From NCBI GenBank assembly GCA_035270925.1, contig DATESG010000017.1:1-37361 (forward strand): a DNA stretch of 37,361 nt, written 5' to 3'. Below the pieces are notes generated by a model. The model ran no database searches and had not been told where the DNA came from. It saw nothing but the letters and a program-made list of their open reading frames with translations. This DNA is from Bacilli bacterium (GTDB lineage Bacteria; Bacillota_I; Bacilli_A; RFN20; CAG-826). How positions within the stretch are numbered: position 1 is the first letter of the stretch; each line of letters begins with the position of its first letter. Below are positions 35,102 through 37,361 of the stretch, piece after piece. Made by a program: the position numbers and the translations under genes.

Positions 35102-36505
35102 ATGAACTTTAAAAAACATCTAACATTATTTTTGCTGACCGGTTTAGTTGTGGGCTGTGGACCAACTTCACAAGAGGTTACACTCGATTTGTTCGCGCTC
35201 AATGATTTTCATGGCGCGATTCACCCACAAACAGGAAACCCCCAAGAATATGGTATTCATAAAATCGCTAGTTATTTAAAGGCTAAGGCAAGTCAAAATC
35301 CTGGTGGGACCATCAATATGGACTCTGGCGACATTTGGCAAGGGACTGCCGATAGTAACATCACTAAAGGCCGGATCCTTGTTGAAATGTTCAATAGTCT
35401 TGATTGGGCCGCCTCTTCGCTTGGCAATCATGAATTTGATTGGTATGACACGGGGATTGCCGCGAATAAAGAAGTCGCCGAGTATCCTTTTTTAGGTGCG
35501 AATATTATTAACCGTGAAACAGGAAAGTTAGCTGATTATATTGTTGATGATGCTTCAGTGATGATTACTAGAAACGGCGTCAAAGTTGGCATAATTGGCA
35601 CGATTGGCAGTGCGCTTGAAAGTTCAATCATTGCTAGCGCGGTTGGTGATTATTCATTTGAACCCGTCACTAATTATGTAATTGCCGAATCTAATGCTTT
35701 AAGAAATGCTGGGGCGCAACTAATCGTGCTCTTAACACATGACTCATTAACGGGCTATACGAAGTCTAGTGAATATGGACCAATCCTTGAGCCTGATAAC
35801 GCTAAACCTTATGTTGATGTTGTTTTTACCGGACACTTTCATCTTCAACAAAACGAATTAATTAATGGTGTGCCCATTTTACAAACAAATGGCAATGGCA
35901 AACAAGTAATGCACGTGAACCTCAGTGTCAAAGGTAAAAAGGTAGTCATCAATAATCACGAGCTAGTCGATAGTGAATTATCAACCTATCAAGAAGAACC
36001 AACAATCGCCGAGATTTATGCGCGCTATGAAGGTGAAATCAATTTGATTAAAAGCGAAGTGTTAGGAAACTTAACGACCACAATGGAAGATGCTAAAATT
36101 GCCAAACTTGCTTCTAAAGTTATGCTTATGGAAGCCAACAAACAATTTAGTGCTGATATTGCTGTACATAATACAGGTGGAATCCGCGAAACACTCAAAG
36201 CCGGCACGATTACTTATGGCGATATCTATAAGTCACTTCCGTTTGATAACACTGTCGTCGTTATTGAAGATGTCCTCGGAAGCGTAATTAACGCCGTTAA
36301 ACAAGGTAATGAATATTATTACCGTGATGGGCTTGATTGGATTGATAGCGATGAAACTTACACACTCGTCACCATCAACTTTATTAGTGAAAATAATAGC
36401 AATCTTGCTTACTTCCCACAGTCCACCTTAGAAAATGTTTTTGTACGTGATTTACTCGCGGACTACTTTAGAAGCAATGGCACGGTCGATCCAAGTTTAA
36501 TCTAA
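35102..36505 (+). CDS. Surface lipoprotein, 5'-nucleotidase / metallophosphoesterase family
   Basis: Signal peptide with lipobox LVVGC. Calcineurin-like motifs NDFHG, GDIWQG, GNHEFD and GHFH, plus a C-terminal 5'-nucleotidase domain (GGIR, LPFDN). Confidence 0.85.
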   Translation: MNFKKHLTLFLLTGLVVGCGPTSQEVTLDLFALNDFHGAIHPQTGNPQEYGIHKIASYLKAKASQNPGGTINMDSGDIWQGTADSNITKGRILVEMFNSLDWAASSLGNHEFDWYDTGIAANKEVAEYPFLGANIINRETGKLADYIVDDASVMITRNGVKVGIIGTIGSALESSIIASAVGDYSFEPVTNYVIAESNALRNAGAQLIVLLTHDSLTGYTKSSEYGPILEPDNAKPYVDVVFTGHFHLQQNELINGVPILQTNGNGKQVMHVNLSVKGKKVVINNHELVDSELSTYQEEPTIAEIYARYEGEINLIKSEVLGNLTTTMEDAKIAKLASKVMLMEANKQFSADIAVHNTGGIRETLKAGTITYGDIYKSLPFDNTVVVIEDVLGSVINAVKQGNEYYYRDGLDWIDSDETYTLVTINFISENNSNLAYFPQSTLENVFVRDLLADYFRSNGTVDPSLI

Positions 36506-36521
36506 AAGTTATGAGCAAATT

Positions 36522-36555
36522 AAAAGGGACCGATTAAATTAATCAGTCCCTTTTT
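36522..36555. terminator. Bidirectional terminator between the 5'-nucleotidase and nfu-like genes
   Basis: AAAAGGGAC.GATT pairs with AATC.GTCCCTTTTT, giving an A-run/T-run-flanked hairpin between convergent genes. Confidence 0.7.
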
Positions 36556-36576
36556 AAATGTCTATATATTTAGTCG

Positions 36577-36804
36577 CTATTCAACGAGGATTACGCCGAC
36601 AACGCCGGGAACTTCTTCCATGAGCAATTCTTCAACCCCGTATTCAAGCGTGGTATCAACGAAAGCACATCCGTTACAGGCTCCGCCCATCTTGACAAAT
36701 ACATAACCATCTTCAAAATGGTCAAATTCGATATCACCACCATGGCGATTAATATAGGGCCGTATAACGTCAATTTTTTCTTTAATAAGTGCTTCAATAT
36801 CCAT
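36577..36804 (-). CDS. NifU C-terminal-domain (Nfu-type) Fe-S cluster carrier protein
   Basis: 75 aa with a GGDIEF...GACNGCA CxxC motif typical of the Nfu/NifU_C domain. GAGGA SD. Confidence 0.85.
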   Translation of the reverse strand: MDIEALIKEKIDVIRPYINRHGGDIEFDHFEDGYVFVKMGGACNGCAFVDTTLEYGVEELLMEEVPGVVGVILVE

Positions 36805-36825
36805 AACTATCCTCTATTCCTCACG

Positions 36826-36854
36826 ATTATAGCACCATCATAACTAAATTTAAA
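36826..36854 (-). promoter_or_regulatory. Extended -10 promoter candidate for the nfu-like gene
   Basis: The - strand reads TTTAAA, a 17-nt spacer, then TGCTATAAT (TATAAT is the complement of 36826-36831). Confidence 0.45.
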
Positions 36855-36867
36855 ATCATATGATAAA

Positions 36868-36897
36868 CAAAAAAAGCACCATAGATGCTTTTTTTAG
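36868..36897 (-). terminator. Weak terminator candidate after the tRNA cluster
   Basis: The - strand reads AAAAAAAGCAT-CTATG-GTGCTTTTTTT, a 5-bp stem including one G-U pair, followed by T7. Confidence 0.35.
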
Positions 36898-36900
36898 AAG

Positions 36901-36987
36901 TGGTGCCCGGAGCCGGACTTGAACCGGCACGGTATCGCTACCGCAGGATTTTAAGTCCTGTGCGTCTACCTATTCCGCCATCTGGGC
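36901..36987 (-). tRNA. tRNA-Leu (anticodon UAA), CCA encoded
   Basis: Reverse complement is GCCCAGATGGCGGAATAGGTAGACGCACAGGACTTAAAATCCTGC...TTCAAGTCCGGCTCCGGGCACCA. It has a long variable arm and anticodon loop CTTAAAA. One A5-C68 mismatch lies in the acceptor stem. Confidence 0.9.
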
Positions 36988-36989
36988 GA

Positions 36990-37065
36990 TGGTCTCCCGT
37001 ACAAGATTTGAACTTGTGACACCTTGATTAAAAGTCAAGTGCTCTACCGACTGAGCTAACGGGAG
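36990..37065 (-). tRNA. tRNA-Lys (anticodon UUU), CCA encoded
   Basis: Reverse complement is CTCCCGTTAGCTCAGTCGGTAGAGCACTTGACTTTTAATCAAGGTGTCACAAGTTCAAATCTTGTACGGGAGACCA. Cloverleaf is intact and the first pair is C1-G72. Confidence 0.9.
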
Positions 37066-37076
37066 GTAATATAAAA

Positions 37077-37152
37077 TGGCTGGGGCACCTAGATTCGAAC
37101 TAGGGGAATGACAGAGTCAAAGTCTGTTGCCTTACCGCTTGGCGATGCCCCA
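37077..37152 (-). tRNA. tRNA-Gln (anticodon UUG), CCA encoded
   Basis: Reverse complement is TGGGGCATCGCCAAGCGGTAAGGCAACAGACTTTGACTCTGTC...GTTCGAATCTAGGTGCCCCAGCCA, with the U1-A72 pair typical of bacterial tRNA-Gln. Confidence 0.9.
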
Positions 37153-37160
37153 ATTTAGAA

Positions 37161-37244
37161 TGGTGGAGGAGGGCGGATTTGAACCACCGAACCCGAAGGA
37201 ACTGATTTACAGTCAGCTGCGTTTGGCCACTTCGCTACTCCTCC
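37161..37244 (-). tRNA. tRNA-Tyr (anticodon GUA), CCA encoded
   Basis: Reverse complement is GGAGGAGTAGCGAAGTGGCCAAACGCAGCTGACTGTAAATCAGTTCCTTCGGGTTCGGTGGTTCAAATCCGCCCTCCTCCACCA, with a long variable arm. Confidence 0.9.
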
Positions 37245-37265
37245 ATTGGTAAGTTGCATACAAAG

Positions 37266-37341
37266 TGGTGGATGTTGAGGGGCTTGAACCCCCGACCTCC
37301 GCCGTGTAAAGGCGATGCTCTCCCAGCTGAGCTAAACATCC
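37266..37341 (-). tRNA. tRNA-Val (anticodon UAC), CCA encoded
   Basis: Reverse complement is GGATGTTTAGCTCAGCTGGGAGAGCATCGCCTTTACACGGCGGAGGTCGGGGGTTCAAGCCCCTCAACATCCACCA. Confidence 0.9.
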
Positions 37342-37361
37342 GGGACCGCCGCTATATGCTT

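Noticed and set aside
37342-37361. Possible 3' end of a further tRNA or 5S rRNA upstream of tRNA-Val on the - strand
   Set aside because: Only 20 nt are visible (GGGACCGCCGCTATATGCTT). It has no CCA or T-arm signature and no match to the 5S termini I remember, so it cannot be supported.
1-37361. Mycoplasma-type genetic code (TGA read as Trp)
   Set aside because: TGA terminates mutL (23169-23171), the 205-aa ATPase (26530-26532) and the 114-aa ORF (1506-1508) at family-appropriate lengths. No conserved gene is interrupted under the standard code.
1-37361. CRISPR arrays, IS elements, integrases, prophage or toxin-antitoxin pairs
   Set aside because: I saw no spaced direct repeats, terminal inverted repeats, transposase or recombinase motifs, or small paired ORFs. 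All intergenic regions are 263 nt or shorter and are explained by promoters, terminators or leaders.

Overview
This 37.4-kb window looks like core chromosome from a low-GC, reduced Firmicutes/Tenericutes-type genome (Bacilli, Erysipelotrichia or Acholeplasma-like). It uses the standard genetic code: TGA ends mutL, the small ABC ATPase and the 114-aa ORF at sensible lengths, and every conserved gene is full length under table 11. I can support 37 protein genes, one RNase P RNA (rnpB, + strand), five tRNA genes (- strand, all with encoded CCA) and the 3' part of an FMN riboswitch cut by the window start. There are also several hairpin+T-run terminators and a few sigma-70-like promoters.

Gene order follows several separate Bacillus subtilis blocks joined together:
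- ribU-fer...cmk-der-gpsA-hup
- dnaD-nth/recU, then gpsB-rnpB
- pgsA-cinA-recA-rny-ymdB
- miaB-ymcA-mutS-mutL-miaA
- ychF, argS, rpoE

Genes are tightly packed, often with overlapping stop and start codons. I saw no CRISPR array, IS element, integrase or phage genes.

The only segment that looks accessory is a three-gene, translationally coupled MacB/FtsX-type ABC module at 25915-30566. It consists of a free ATPase, an FtsX-like permease, and a 910-aa ATPase-permease fusion with a ~490-aa orphan ectodomain. It sits directly behind a terminator hairpin that also contains its only Shine-Dalgarno-like sequence. This is my best candidate for something undescribed, though it may be an ordinary transporter.

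Secondary oddities are a 224-aa minimal CCA-enzyme-like nucleotidyltransferase, rnpB wedged between gpsB and pgsA with no promoter or terminator of its own, a long structured rny leader, and glmS without room for a ribozyme. All calls come from reading motifs and synteny by eye; no database search was possible. RNA and regulatory coordinates are approximate to a few nucleotides.
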